A DNA stretch of 33,482 bases from Candidatus Omnitrophota bacterium. GTDB taxonomy: Bacteria > Omnitrophota > Gorgyraeia > Zapsychrales > Fredricksoniimonadaceae. The position numbers and the translations under genes are program-made. The notes under the pieces were generated by a model, which searched no databases, was not told the origin of the DNA, and saw only the letters and a program-made list of their open reading frames with translations. How positions within the stretch are numbered: the first letter of the stretch is position 1; the number at the start of each line of letters is the position of its first letter. The stretch spans positions 1-33,482 of the forward strand of contig JAZDPD010000112.1 of the NCBI GenBank assembly GCA_043798045.1. The letters run 5' to 3'. Positions 1 through 8,849 of the stretch are shown in pieces.

Positions 1-170
1 AAGAAAGAGAAAAAGAGTTATGGAGTAAATGAAATTAATGTTATTTAAAACCGGGGAACAGATGAAGGGGCGAATAAATATAAAGATTAGAAAAACTTTA
101 AACATAATTATATAGTATAACTTATAATTTAGAAACATGTATGAGAGAGACGTTAATTTATTTTATAGAA

Positions 171-198
171 TTGTTGTCAGGCAGGAACGGAATATAAA
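171..198 (+). promoter_or_regulatory. candidate sigma70-type promoter in the AT-rich leader upstream of the first gene
   Basis: Positions 1-213 are visibly more AT-rich than the rest of the window and hold no long ORF. TTGTTG (171-176) and TATAAA (193-198) are separated by a 16-nt spacer. Several other TATAAT-like strings occur at 100-130, so the exact promoter is uncertain. Confidence 0.2.
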
Positions 199-225
199 TC
201 TGATGGGCTGGAATTGAGGATGCGG

Positions 226-1212
226 ATGTTGGACTATGTTTTGATTTGTACAGGTTGTTTTGTGCTGAGTTTATCATTGATTGTGGCTTTGCGTTTTCTT
301 GCGTTACGCTTTAAGTTCTTAGTGGTTAAGGATGTGGCTTTGGTTGGAGGGATTGGGGTTTCTTTTGCGGTTATGGCGGCTTCTTTATGGGCCGGGTATG
401 TTTTGGGCGGTGATTTGCGCTGGATTTCTGTTGTGGTGGGCACATCGGTTTTGATGTTGTTGTTTGGCGTTTGGGATGATTTCAAAGAACAGGGTGTTGC
501 GCAGAAGTTTTTATTTCAAGCCATTTGTGCCGGGGTTCTGATCGCGTTCGGGATAAAGACGCATATTGTTTATTTCGGGCTTTGGGGTAATGCGGTCGTA
601 TCCTTTCTTTGGATTTTGGGTGTAACCAATGCGTTTAATTTGCTGGACATAGCTGATGGCTTGAGTGCGGGGGTAGCTTTTATATCAACAGCCGCTTTTT
701 TCATTGTTTCAATGGTGCATCCCAATTTGGAAGTTCAGATCATGTCCATGGTTTTATGCGCCGCCTTGGCAGGCTTCTGGATTTTTAATTTTCCGCCGGC
801 TAAGATTTATTTGGGAAATGCGGGAAGTCATTTCCTGGGGTTTATGTTGTCTGCCCTGGCGTTGACGATCAGCTATGCTTCGGTGGAAAGGCCGCTGGCC
901 CTTATCAGCCCTATTATCATGTTGTGGCTGCCATTGCTTGAGACCGCGGTGCTTATTTATTTCAGGCTTAAAAAAGGGATTCTTCCATTTTATAAAAGCA
1001 GGGATCATATTGCGTTAAAACTTGTATCGGGTGGTTTTTCGCATAAGGGTGCTTTATTTCTGATGTTGGGCCTTGCTTTATTTTTTGCCTGGGCCGGTAT
1101 TTTGATGAGTGTTGTTGATGGGTGCATGTCTGTCCTTATTTTATTGGCGGTGCTGCTTGCCAGCGGTGTTATGTTTGTATTTCTCAGGAGGATGGCTTCG
1201 GATGTCACATAG
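226..1212 (+). CDS. polyprenyl-phosphate sugar-1-phosphate transferase, MraY/WecA family (initiating glycosyltransferase)
   Basis: The ORF opens at TTG 214. ATG 226 lies 6 nt after GAGG (216-219), and ATG 220 is also possible. The protein is multi-pass and hydrophobic. Family motifs present: GVWDDFKE...KFLFQ (DD motif), NAFNLLDIADGL (NxxNxxDxxDGL) and FNFPPAKIYLGNAGSHFLGF. Confidence 0.85.
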   Translation: MLDYVLICTGCFVLSLSLIVALRFLALRFKFLVVKDVALVGGIGVSFAVMAASLWAGYVLGGDLRWISVVVGTSVLMLLFGVWDDFKEQGVAQKFLFQAICAGVLIAFGIKTHIVYFGLWGNAVVSFLWILGVTNAFNLLDIADGLSAGVAFISTAAFFIVSMVHPNLEVQIMSMVLCAALAGFWIFNFPPAKIYLGNAGSHFLGFMLSALALTISYASVERPLALISPIIMLWLPLLETAVLIYFRLKKGILPFYKSRDHIALKLVSGGFSHKGALFLMLGLALFFAWAGILMSVVDGCMSVLILLAVLLASGVMFVFLRRMASDVT

Positions 1213-2497
1213 GAAGATTGTTATATTGGGTGCGGGGCTGGCGGGGTTGAGTGCTGCGTGGCATTTGCAGGAAAAGGGGATTTCCTGTCAGCTATATGAA
1301 AAAGAGCCTGAAGTGGGGGGGCTTTGTCGTTCCAAGCAGAAAAATGGGTTTACGTTTGATTATGACGGGCATTTGCTGCATTTCCGCCACAAGGAGATGT
1401 TTGGCCTGGTCAAGGAGCTTTTGGGGGATAATCTTGTTGAGCATAAGCGTTACGCCTGGGTGTATTCATTCGGCCGTTTTACACCGTATCCTTTTCAGGC
1501 GAATCTTCATGGGTTGCCCATGGATGTGATGAAGGAGTGCCTCTCCGGTTTTGTTGCAGCTTCCAATAACGGGGAAGTGGGTAAGGATGAAAACTTCCTG
1601 CGCTGGATCAAGGGGACTTTCGGTGAGGGTATTGCGAAATACTTTATGGTGCCGTATAACACCAAGTTCTGGACAGTGCCCCTTGGGCAAATGACGTGTG
1701 AATGGCTGGACGGATTTATTCCACGGCCGACCATGGCGCAGGTGATCGAGGGTACGCTGGAAGAGGGGCGGCGGCAGCTGGGATATAATGCCCATTTCTG
1801 GTATCCCCGGGAAGGCGGTATCGGCCGCTTGCCGCAGGCGTTCAAGGAGCGCCTAAGGCAGGTGCACACGGGGCATGAGGTCAGGAAGATTGACATCAAG
1901 TCCAAAGAAGTTGTTTTTTCAAACGGCGTTATAAGAAATTTCGATCATTTGATTTCGACAATTCCCTTGCCGGAGTTGGCGCGCGTCATAAGGGATGTTC
2001 CCGCCGGTATCAAGGCCGAGTTCAAGAAGCTGCGGTGGAATTCTGTCTATAATCTTAATTTGGGCTTTCGCCAGGAGCGTCCATCAGATAAACACTGGGC
2101 GTATTTTCCCCAGAAGAACATCAGTTTCTTTCGCGTGGGGTTTTATCATAATTTTGCCCGCGATCTTAATCCGTCCGGGACGGGGTCGATGTATGCGGAG
2201 GTGGCTTATGGGGCACATGCGCCCATCGATAAGAAAAGGATTGCCGGGCGCATCGAACAGGATTTGCGGAAAGTGGGTTTTCTATCCCGTGAGGATAAGG
2301 TTGTGCTGCGGGATATTAATGATATCAAGTATGCCTATCCAGTTTATGACAAGAATTATGCTTCTGCCAGGAGCCGGATCATTGAATGGCTGGCAGCACG
2401 AGATATTGCGCTTTGCGGCCGTTATGGGGCGTGGAAATACATGTCCATGGAGGATGTTCTTCTGGATGGCCAGGTGCTGGCGCAGAAATTTATTTAA
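1202..2497 (+). CDS. FAD-dependent oxidoreductase, amine-oxidase / UDP-galactopyranose-mutase-like fold (paralog 1)
   Basis: The track ORF starts at 1109, but its first 31 codons overlap the upstream gene. ATG 1202 gives MSHRKIVILGAGLAGLSAAWHL (GxGxxG dinucleotide fold) followed by YEKEPEVGGL. The C-terminus reads CGRYGAWKYMSMEDV, a GR-x-G-x-W/Y-K-Y-x-x-M-D type ending. The 11-nt overlap with the upstream stop suggests translational coupling. Confidence 0.75.
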   Translation: MSHRKIVILGAGLAGLSAAWHLQEKGISCQLYEKEPEVGGLCRSKQKNGFTFDYDGHLLHFRHKEMFGLVKELLGDNLVEHKRYAWVYSFGRFTPYPFQANLHGLPMDVMKECLSGFVAASNNGEVGKDENFLRWIKGTFGEGIAKYFMVPYNTKFWTVPLGQMTCEWLDGFIPRPTMAQVIEGTLEEGRRQLGYNAHFWYPREGGIGRLPQAFKERLRQVHTGHEVRKIDIKSKEVVFSNGVIRNFDHLISTIPLPELARVIRDVPAGIKAEFKKLRWNSVYNLNLGFRQERPSDKHWAYFPQKNISFFRVGFYHNFARDLNPSGTGSMYAEVAYGAHAPIDKKRIAGRIEQDLRKVGFLSREDKVVLRDINDIKYAYPVYDKNYASARSRIIEWLAARDIALCGRYGAWKYMSMEDVLLDGQVLAQKFI

Positions 2498-2620
2498 TAG
2501 CTTGGGTTTATATGTGTGGTGGTCCGGGTTTGGAATCAGAAATGAGAAGGTGATCTTTCTGTTTCCGGGATATATCAAGCAACAAGGCTGATTTGGACAA
2601 ATGTTCAAGATGGTTCAAAA

Positions 2621-3457
2621 ATGATCTCCATAGTAATTGTAACGTGTAATAGTGAGCGCCATATTCGTGCCTGTCTTTTGGCGGTGAAAGCGCAGCAGGT
2701 GGGCGTGGTTGAAATTTTTATTGTTGATAATGCGTCGCTGGATTCGACGAAAAAAATTATAAAAGAAGTGTGTCCTGAAGCTGTTTTGATTGAGAATGAA
2801 TGTAACAGGGGTGCGGCTTATGCCAGGAATCAGGCCATTATGCGTGCCCAGGGAGATTGGGTGCTGACGCTGGATAGTGATGTGGTCATCACGGATGGTT
2901 TTATCGGGCTTTTTCTGGGCATTCAAAATTCATTGCCTGACCATGTGGGCATGATTCAGTCAAATATTCTGAGCATGGATCACCGGCGGGTTTATTCGCA
3001 GGGGATATTCTTGAGCCCGATCCGCCGTTTTTTTGATGTGAATCAGGGGCGGCCCTGGCCATGTTCTTGTGCTAGAACGGAAAGGATCATTGGTCCCTGC
3101 GCAGCGGCGGCGTTTTATAGACGGAGCATGCTGGAAGAGTTGAAAGAGCCGACGGGATATTTTGACGAAAGGTTTTTCTTCCTTGTGGAAGACGTGGATT
3201 TATCCTGGCGCGCGGCCCGAAAAGGATGGAGGGTTGTTTTCAGGCCGGAAATGGTTTGCGGTCATGACGGTGATGGATCAAGGACTGGCGCGCGCCATCG
3301 AAGATATTTGTGCTGGCGCAACCGGCATTGGATGATTGCCAAGAATGAAAGCGGTTTGCGCCGGTGGCTTGTGTATTTGTTGGCTGCGCCGTATGAAATT
3401 CTAAGGATCATGGATATGTGGGCAGGAACGCGGGACCATATTAAAGGGGACACATGA
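2621..3457 (+). CDS. glycosyltransferase family 2 (GT-A fold)
   Basis: The N-terminus ISIVIVTCNSERHIRACL...VDNASLDST is a typical GT2 start. It has a DxD motif (LDSDVV) and the FFLVEDVDLSWR motif common in the rhamnosyltransferase-like GT2 subgroup. Confidence 0.85.
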   Translation: MISIVIVTCNSERHIRACLLAVKAQQVGVVEIFIVDNASLDSTKKIIKEVCPEAVLIENECNRGAAYARNQAIMRAQGDWVLTLDSDVVITDGFIGLFLGIQNSLPDHVGMIQSNILSMDHRRVYSQGIFLSPIRRFFDVNQGRPWPCSCARTERIIGPCAAAAFYRRSMLEELKEPTGYFDERFFFLVEDVDLSWRAARKGWRVVFRPEMVCGHDGDGSRTGARHRRYLCWRNRHWMIAKNESGLRRWLVYLLAAPYEILRIMDMWAGTRDHIKGDT

Positions 3458-4524
3458 AGCATATTCTTATTACGGGGGGGTGCGGGTTTATCGGGTCGAA
3501 TCTGGCGGTGAGCCTGATCGGGCAGGGTTACGCTGTGACCGTGCTGGATAATTTGAGCCGACATGGTTCTGATATTTTGTTAAAGAAAGTTTTGTCGTAT
3601 GGCGCCACCTTTATTCAGGGGGATGTGCGTAATCCGGGGGATCTTAAGGCATTGAATGAAGATTATGCCGCCATTATTATTGCCAGTGCCGAGCCCTCCG
3701 CGCTGGCCGGGGCCAGAGGGGAGGAGGCGAAGTATTTGCTGGATGTGAACCTTCAGGGATCCATCCATTGTTTTGAGTGGGCGCGTCAGCGGCGCGTGCC
3801 GGTGATTTTTCTGTCAAGTTCGCGGGTATATCCCCATGATCGGCTCAATGCGTGCCGATTCCAGGAGAATGCAACCCGGTTTGATTATTTAGACGGCTGT
3901 TCTGGTGTTGGTCGCGGCGGCGTGAGCGTTGAGATGCCGCTCTCGGGCGTGCGCTCACTTTATGGTGCAACCAAATTATCAGCTGAGTTGATTTTGCAGG
4001 AATACGCGTTTCAATATGAACTTCCGGCCATTATCAACCGTTGCGGCGTTGTTTCCGGGCCGTGGCAATTGGGCAAGGCGGAACAGGGTGTTTTTGCGTT
4101 TTGGTTGGCCAGTCATTATTTTAAAAGGCCGTTGAATTATATTGGTTTTGGCGGTGAAGGGAAACAGGTGCGCGATATTTTACACATTGATGATTTATCG
4201 GCACTGGTGGGCCGCCAGTTGGTGGCGTTGGCCGAGAAAAGGCCGTTTTGCAAGGGGGAGGTTTTTAACGTGGGAGGGAGCGGGACTTCCAGCCTGTCAC
4301 TGGCCGAGGCGACGGCTATCTGTACCCGTTTGACGGGGAACAGGATTCCCATTGGCCGTATTGCAGAGAATCGTCCGGCGGATATGATCTGGTATATGAC
4401 GGATAATGGGCCAACGGAGGATGTTTTCGCCTGGAAGCCCTTAAAGTCTGCGGAGTGCATTCTGGAAGATATTTATTTGTGGGTGCGTGATCATGAGCCG
4501 GAGTGTCGGAAGATATTTTGTTGA
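3454..4524 (+). CDS. NAD-dependent epimerase/dehydratase (extended SDR), CDP-paratose/tyvelose 2-epimerase-like
   Basis: ATGA overlap with the GT2 stop. It has the Rossmann motif ILITGGCGFIGSNL and the catalytic motif SLYGATKLSAE (YxxxK). GKQVRDILHIDDL and the C-terminal SLSLAEA segment resemble RfbE-type 2-epimerases. Confidence 0.85.
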   Translation: MKHILITGGCGFIGSNLAVSLIGQGYAVTVLDNLSRHGSDILLKKVLSYGATFIQGDVRNPGDLKALNEDYAAIIIASAEPSALAGARGEEAKYLLDVNLQGSIHCFEWARQRRVPVIFLSSSRVYPHDRLNACRFQENATRFDYLDGCSGVGRGGVSVEMPLSGVRSLYGATKLSAELILQEYAFQYELPAIINRCGVVSGPWQLGKAEQGVFAFWLASHYFKRPLNYIGFGGEGKQVRDILHIDDLSALVGRQLVALAEKRPFCKGEVFNVGGSGTSSLSLAEATAICTRLTGNRIPIGRIAENRPADMIWYMTDNGPTEDVFAWKPLKSAECILEDIYLWVRDHEPECRKIFC

Positions 4525-4574
4525 TGGTGATGCCGGGATGGAAGTGTTTTATGGAAAGGGGTGATGCATGAGCC

Positions 4575-5609
4575 ATGAACGCGGGGGACAAAAAAATGGT
4601 TAGAAATGTGTGCAGTCGGTGTGTTTTGCCTGAAAGCAAGCCGCATCTATGGCTTGATGCCGGGGGTGTTTGTAATATATGTCATGCGCATGATGAGCAA
4701 AAGCGTGCGGCAGCGCCGGTTAAGTTTCTGGAAAGCGATTTCATCAAGATATTGAATCAGCATAAGAGCCGGGGAAAGTATGATTGCCTGATCATGTGCA
4801 GCGGCGGGAAAGACAGTACAGCCGCGCTTTATTATATGAAAAAACGCTATAAACTTAATCCGCTGGCGTTTACGTTTGATCACGGCTTTGAAACCGAAGA
4901 GGCGTTGACCAATATTCGCCAGGCGGTTGAAATCCTGGACGTTGATTTTATGCTTTTCAAGTCTGATTTCATGAAAGACATGTTTGCTGATATTGTCAGG
5001 GGTGATGAAAAGGCGGTGCTGTGCCACCCGTGTTCGATCTGGTACATGGGGCTTACGTTTGAAATGGCGGCCCGGTTTGATATACCCATTATTGTGGCGG
5101 GATGGACACGCGGACAGGCCGCACATCAGCCGCTTGTGCCGCATTGTTCCAATGATGCTTGTCAGCCGGAATTCGCTGCCATGTCCAAAGCAACGCAGGA
5201 ATTTCTCGACAGATACACGAAACAGAACTCCAAGTATAAGGGGTTTGCCTGCAGCATGGAAGAGGTTGTTCGTGCCGCCGGCAGGCGCCATAAAGCGGTG
5301 GTTGTATCGCCGCACTGGTTCTTGCCGACAGATGCGGGTTCTTATGTCCAGATGCTTCAAAAAGAATTGAAGTGGAAATACCCAACACAGAGTTATCCGG
5401 CCAAGTCCACGAACTGTTCCCTGAATTTTCTTTCTGTCCAGCAATCGATGAAGCACTTTGGCTATACGCATTATCATGTGGAAATGAGCAAAATGATCCG
5501 GGAGTCTCTTTTGTCACGTGAGGAAGCCCTGAGGCTGCTGGAGATAAATTTTGATGAAGGGGTTATTAAAGAAGTGATGGCCAGGTTGGCGGTGGGCGGA
5601 AAGGGGTAG
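4575..5609 (+). CDS. N-acetyl sugar amidotransferase (PP-loop ATPase, WbuX/PseA-like)
   Basis: N-terminal zinc-ribbon-like CSRCVLPES...GGVCNICH, followed by the PP-loop motif YDCLIMCSGGKDSTAALYY (SGGxDS). ATG 4596 is an alternative start. Confidence 0.75.
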   Translation: MNAGDKKMVRNVCSRCVLPESKPHLWLDAGGVCNICHAHDEQKRAAAPVKFLESDFIKILNQHKSRGKYDCLIMCSGGKDSTAALYYMKKRYKLNPLAFTFDHGFETEEALTNIRQAVEILDVDFMLFKSDFMKDMFADIVRGDEKAVLCHPCSIWYMGLTFEMAARFDIPIIVAGWTRGQAAHQPLVPHCSNDACQPEFAAMSKATQEFLDRYTKQNSKYKGFACSMEEVVRAAGRRHKAVVVSPHWFLPTDAGSYVQMLQKELKWKYPTQSYPAKSTNCSLNFLSVQQSMKHFGYTHYHVEMSKMIRESLLSREEALRLLEINFDEGVIKEVMARLAVGGKG

Positions 5610-5615
5610 CTTTTT

Positions 5616-5846
5616 ATGGTGCAGCGTATTCGCCGTGTGATGCAGGTGGTTTCGGCTGTTGTGCGCAAGGTTTTGATGACGGTATTTCTCATGGCCTTAT
5701 ATGTAACCGGCTTTGGATTAACAGCCTTGTTCTTAAGGTTTTTCAAGCGCGCGTTGCTGGTCAAGGGGTGTGTGGTGGATAATGCACGCTGGGTAGATGC
5801 GTCGGGTTATGATGCTGATCATGAGGATGTTTTACAACAGTCGTAG
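5616..5846 (+). CDS. small membrane protein, possibly SxtJ-like partner of the carbamoyltransferase
   Basis: 76-aa ORF with a basic N-terminus and a long hydrophobic stretch (VLMTVFLMALYVTGFGLTALFL). It sits 7 nt after the upstream stop and just upstream of a DUF5989-like ORF and a carbamoyltransferase. The family call rests mainly on position. Confidence 0.45.
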   Translation: MVQRIRRVMQVVSAVVRKVLMTVFLMALYVTGFGLTALFLRFFKRALLVKGCVVDNARWVDASGYDADHEDVLQQS

Positions 5847-5865
5847 AATATGAGGAGTGTTTGTC

Positions 5866-6027
5866 ATGAAGAAATTAAAGTATGTTCTGGGGCAAATGGC
5901 TAATCTGATCAAGAAACACAAGCTGGCATTTCTGTTGCCGATTTTTATTGTGCTGGCGGTGCTGGTTTTGCTGGCTTATTATATCGGGCCGGCGATTGTC
6001 ACAACATTTATTTATGCCGGGATTTAG
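5866..6027 (+). CDS. DUF5989 / SxtK-like small membrane protein (absent from the supplied ORF track)
   Basis: GAGGAG (5852-5857) lies 8 nt before ATG 5866. The 53-aa product is MKKLKYVLGQMANLIKKHKLAFLLPIFIVLAVLVLLAYYIGPAIVTTFIYAGI, ending at TAG 6025-6027. It has a basic head, one TM helix with LLPI, and a FIY tail, as I recall for DUF5989 proteins found next to carbamoyltransferases. Confidence 0.6.
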   Translation: MKKLKYVLGQMANLIKKHKLAFLLPIFIVLAVLVLLAYYIGPAIVTTFIYAGI

Positions 6028-6048
6028 TAGCCGGATGGGGTGGATTTT

Positions 6049-7749
6049 ATGAATATATTGGGAATAGCGTGTCATTACCATGATGCCGCGGCGTGCTTGA
6101 TCAAGGATGGCCAATTGTCCGTGGCTGTCCAGGAAGAACGATTTAACCGGCAAAAGAATACCTCTGCTTTTCCGATCAATGCAATCAATTATTGCATTCA
6201 GGCGGGCGGGATATCATTTGCGGATATTGATTGTGTTGGTTTTTATGAGAAACCTTTTCTGAAATTTTCCAGGGTTGTGATTGATCATTTGCGCGCATGG
6301 CCGTTTTCATTTCACCACTACCTTCAGACCATGCCGCATTGGCTGCAGGATCGTCTGGTGCTGCCTTTTACGCTTGAGGAAGAGATCGGGTTTAAGGGTA
6401 AGGTTTATTTTATCAAGCATCATTTGTCGCATGCGGCCAGTGCTTTTCTGGTGTCGCCGTTTGAAGAGGCGGCCATTTTGACGGGAGATGCTGTCGGGGA
6501 GTGGGCGACCATGACCTTCGGGTGCGGCCGCGGGAAAGATATCAAGATTTGGAAAGAAATACAGTACCCGCATTCTCTGGGGCTGGTTTATACAGCCGTC
6601 ACGACATATTTGGGTTATGCCGCACATGAGGGGGAGGGTACGGTGATGGCGCTGGCCAGTTGCGGCAAGGCGCGGTATCTGGATAAATTCAGAGAAATAG
6701 TCAAAGTTGGCGTTGATGGCAGTCATGCGGTTGATCAGCGGTATTTTGGATTCAATAAGAGCGGGCGGATGTACGGCTCCCGGTTTGTTAAAATGTTTGG
6801 CCCACAGCGAAAGCCTGGCGCGGCGGTGGATGAGCGGCATTGTGATATTGCCGCCAGCCTGCAAAAATTCACGGAAGAAACCCTGTTGGCTGTCACGCGC
6901 CACATTCATCGTGAAACAAAAATGGATAAATTATGCCTGGGCGGGGGGTTGTTTTTAAATTGTGTGGCCAACAGTAAAATCCTGGAAGACGGGGTCTTTA
7001 AAGAAATCTTTATTCAGCCTGCGGCCGGTGATGGCGGCGGGGCCCTGGGTGTGGCGACGTATGTGAATCATTGCATCCTGAATAATCCCCGGCAAGATGT
7101 GATGCGGCATGCGTATTGGGGGACATGTTATTCCGATGAACAGATCCGGCGTGTTTTGCTGGGCCAGCACATGGTGTTTGATGAGTACACGGATGATGCC
7201 CTGTCCAAGTTTGTGGCCCGGCAAATTGCGGACAGCAAGATTGTGGGTTGGTTCCAGGGAAAAATGGAATATGGTCCCCGGGCGTTGGGCAACCGGTCCA
7301 TTTTAGGCAATCCGTGTAATCCGGGCATGAAAGAGCTTCTCAATGACAAGGTGAAGAAAAGAGAACCTTTTCGCCCGTACGCGCCCGCGGTTCTTGAAGA
7401 GCGGGCCGGCGAGTTTTTTGAATTGACCGGCTCTTCTCCATTTATGCTTTTGGCGCCGATGGTTCGCCAGGAAAAGATGGGCGTTATTCCCGGTGTTGTG
7501 CATGTGGATGGAACGGCGCGTGTTCAGACGGTGGGTAGGGCTGAGAATCATAAGTTATGGCAGTTGATCAAGGATTTTGAAAATATAACGGGTGTTCCGA
7601 TCATCATCAATACATCTTTTAATTTAAGAGGTGAGCCGGTGGTGTGTGCGCCGGAAGATGCCATTGCTTGCTTTAGAAAGAGCGATATGGATTTCCTGGT
7701 TCTTGGGAACTTTGTCCTGAGCAAACAGAATAACAGGGGTTCGGTATGA
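6049..7749 (+). CDS. carbamoyltransferase, NodU/CmcH family
   Basis: [37 protein letters not shown] is the classic N-terminus of the family. [10 protein letters not shown]...GDAVGE and the C-terminal [19 protein letters not shown] are also family hallmarks. The track start GTG 6040 is possible, but ATG 6049 matches family N-termini. Confidence 0.92.
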   Translation: MNILGIACHYHDAAACLIKDGQLSVAVQEERFNRQKNTSAFPINAINYCIQAGGISFADIDCVGFYEKPFLKFSRVVIDHLRAWPFSFHHYLQTMPHWLQDRLVLPFTLEEEIGFKGKVYFIKHHLSHAASAFLVSPFEEAAILTGDAVGEWATMTFGCGRGKDIKIWKEIQYPHSLGLVYTAVTTYLGYAAHEGEGTVMALASCGKARYLDKFREIVKVGVDGSHAVDQRYFGFNKSGRMYGSRFVKMFGPQRKPGAAVDERHCDIAASLQKFTEETLLAVTRHIHRETKMDKLCLGGGLFLNCVANSKILEDGVFKEIFIQPAAGDGGGALGVATYVNHCILNNPRQDVMRHAYWGTCYSDEQIRRVLLGQHMVFDEYTDDALSKFVARQIADSKIVGWFQGKMEYGPRALGNRSILGNPCNPGMKELLNDKVKKREPFRPYAPAVLEERAGEFFELTGSSPFMLLAPMVRQEKMGVIPGVVHVDGTARVQTVGRAENHKLWQLIKDFENITGVPIIINTSFNLRGEPVVCAPEDAIACFRKSDMDFLVLGNFVLSKQNNRGSV

Positions 7750-8816
7750 AAATTGTTTTGGTGACAGGGGCGGCGGGGTTGGTCGGGTCTGAGGCAGTTC
7801 GGTTTTTTTCTGGGCAGGGGTTTAAGGTGGTTGGCATTGATAATGATATGCGGCAGTATTTTTTTGGCCGTGAGGGATCGACCGGTGATTCGTTGCAAGC
7901 GTTAAAGGGTGTGTGTGAAGGGTTTGTGAACCATGCGGTTGATATCCGCGATGCGGCGGCGGTTAACAGGATTTTTGAGGAATACGGAGCGGACATTGAC
8001 CTTGTTGTCCATACAGCCGCCCAGCCCAGCCATGATTGGGCGGCGCGTGAGCCTGCGACGGATTTTGGTGTTAATGCGTTAGGGACATTGAATCTTCTGG
8101 AATCGGTGCGGCAATATTGCCCCGGGGCCGTTTTTATTTTTACGTCGACCAACAAGGTTTACGGGGATCGTGTCAATGGGCTGCCTTTGATGGAGCTTGA
8201 AACGCGCTGGGAACTGGATCCGCAACATCCTTGTTTTCAAGGGATCGATGAGAGCATGTCGCTGGACCAGTGCAAGCATTCTCTCTTTGGGGTTTCCAAG
8301 CTGGCAGCGGATATTCTGACCCAGGAATATGGTCGATATTTTGGGATGAAAACGGTTGTATTCCGCGGGGGGTGTTTGACGGGGCCTTGTCATGCGGGTG
8401 TTAGCCAGCATGGATATTTGTCGTATTTGATGAGGTGTGCGATGAATGGGCAGGAATATCAGATCATCGGGTATAAAGGCAAGCAGGTGCGTGATAACAT
8501 TCACAGCCATGACCTGGTGCGTGCTTTTTATCAGTGTTATCAAAAGCCCCGAAGTGGTGAGGTTTATAATATCGGCGGCAGCCGTTATAGTCATTGTTCG
8601 TTGATTGAATCGATCGGTTTGTGTGAAAAAATAACGGGTAAAAAGATGAGGACGGTGTATGTCGATACACCGCGCAGCGGTGATCATATCTGGTGGATTT
8701 CGGACATGTCAAAATTTTCCGGGCATTATCCGGAATGGAGGATTACCCGGGATGTGGAATCAATTCTGGCTGAAATGTGTGTGTATCATCAATCCAGCGG
8801 GATGTCCGGCGCTTGA
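7746..8816 (+). CDS. NAD-dependent epimerase/dehydratase (extended SDR), CDP-paratose/tyvelose 2-epimerase-like; catalytic Tyr position reads Phe
   Basis: ATGA overlap with the carbamoyltransferase stop. Motifs: [38 protein letters not shown]. It is a paralog of the 3454 gene, but the YxxxK position is [11 protein letters not shown] (ttt at 8287-8289). Confidence 0.8.
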   Translation: MKIVLVTGAAGLVGSEAVRFFSGQGFKVVGIDNDMRQYFFGREGSTGDSLQALKGVCEGFVNHAVDIRDAAAVNRIFEEYGADIDLVVHTAAQPSHDWAAREPATDFGVNALGTLNLLESVRQYCPGAVFIFTSTNKVYGDRVNGLPLMELETRWELDPQHPCFQGIDESMSLDQCKHSLFGVSKLAADILTQEYGRYFGMKTVVFRGGCLTGPCHAGVSQHGYLSYLMRCAMNGQEYQIIGYKGKQVRDNIHSHDLVRAFYQCYQKPRSGEVYNIGGSRYSHCSLIESIGLCEKITGKKMRTVYVDTPRSGDHIWWISDMSKFSGHYPEWRITRDVESILAEMCVYHQSSGMSGA

Positions 8817-8849
8817 AGAGGGTGAGATGAAGAAGGTGGGGTTGTCGTG

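Noticed and set aside
1-48. An open frame running from the window edge to TAA 46-48 (KKEKKSYGVNEINVI), possibly the tail of an upstream gene.
   Set aside because: Only 15 codons are visible, they are low-complexity, and there is nothing to compare against. The call cannot be supported.
1-213. Cobalamin riboswitch or other structured leader ahead of an operon encoding B12-type enzymes.
   Set aside because: I could find no B12-box-like conserved core and no GC-rich paired stems. The region is simply AT-rich.
1109-1201. Track start for the FAD oxidoreductase, 31 codons upstream of ATG 1202.
   Set aside because: The extension overlaps the last 104 nt of the WecA-like gene in another frame and adds Cys/Leu-rich sequence ahead of the GxGxxG fold. 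That fold normally sits at the extreme N-terminus.
1995-2591. Alternative-frame + strand ORFs, including this 198-aa one and 4984-5370, 9577-9837, 11057-11257, 29202-29486 and 31213-31500.
   Set aside because: They are nested within well-supported genes in other frames. They have Arg/Cys/Trp-rich composition and no motifs.
2498-2620. Possible intrinsic terminator or internal regulatory hairpin in the largest upstream intergenic gap, and likewise in 18730-18833.
   Set aside because: The TCCGGG strings at about 2523 and 2564 are direct repeats, not inverted ones. There is no stem followed by a T-tract, and I could not identify a convincing -35/-10 pair.
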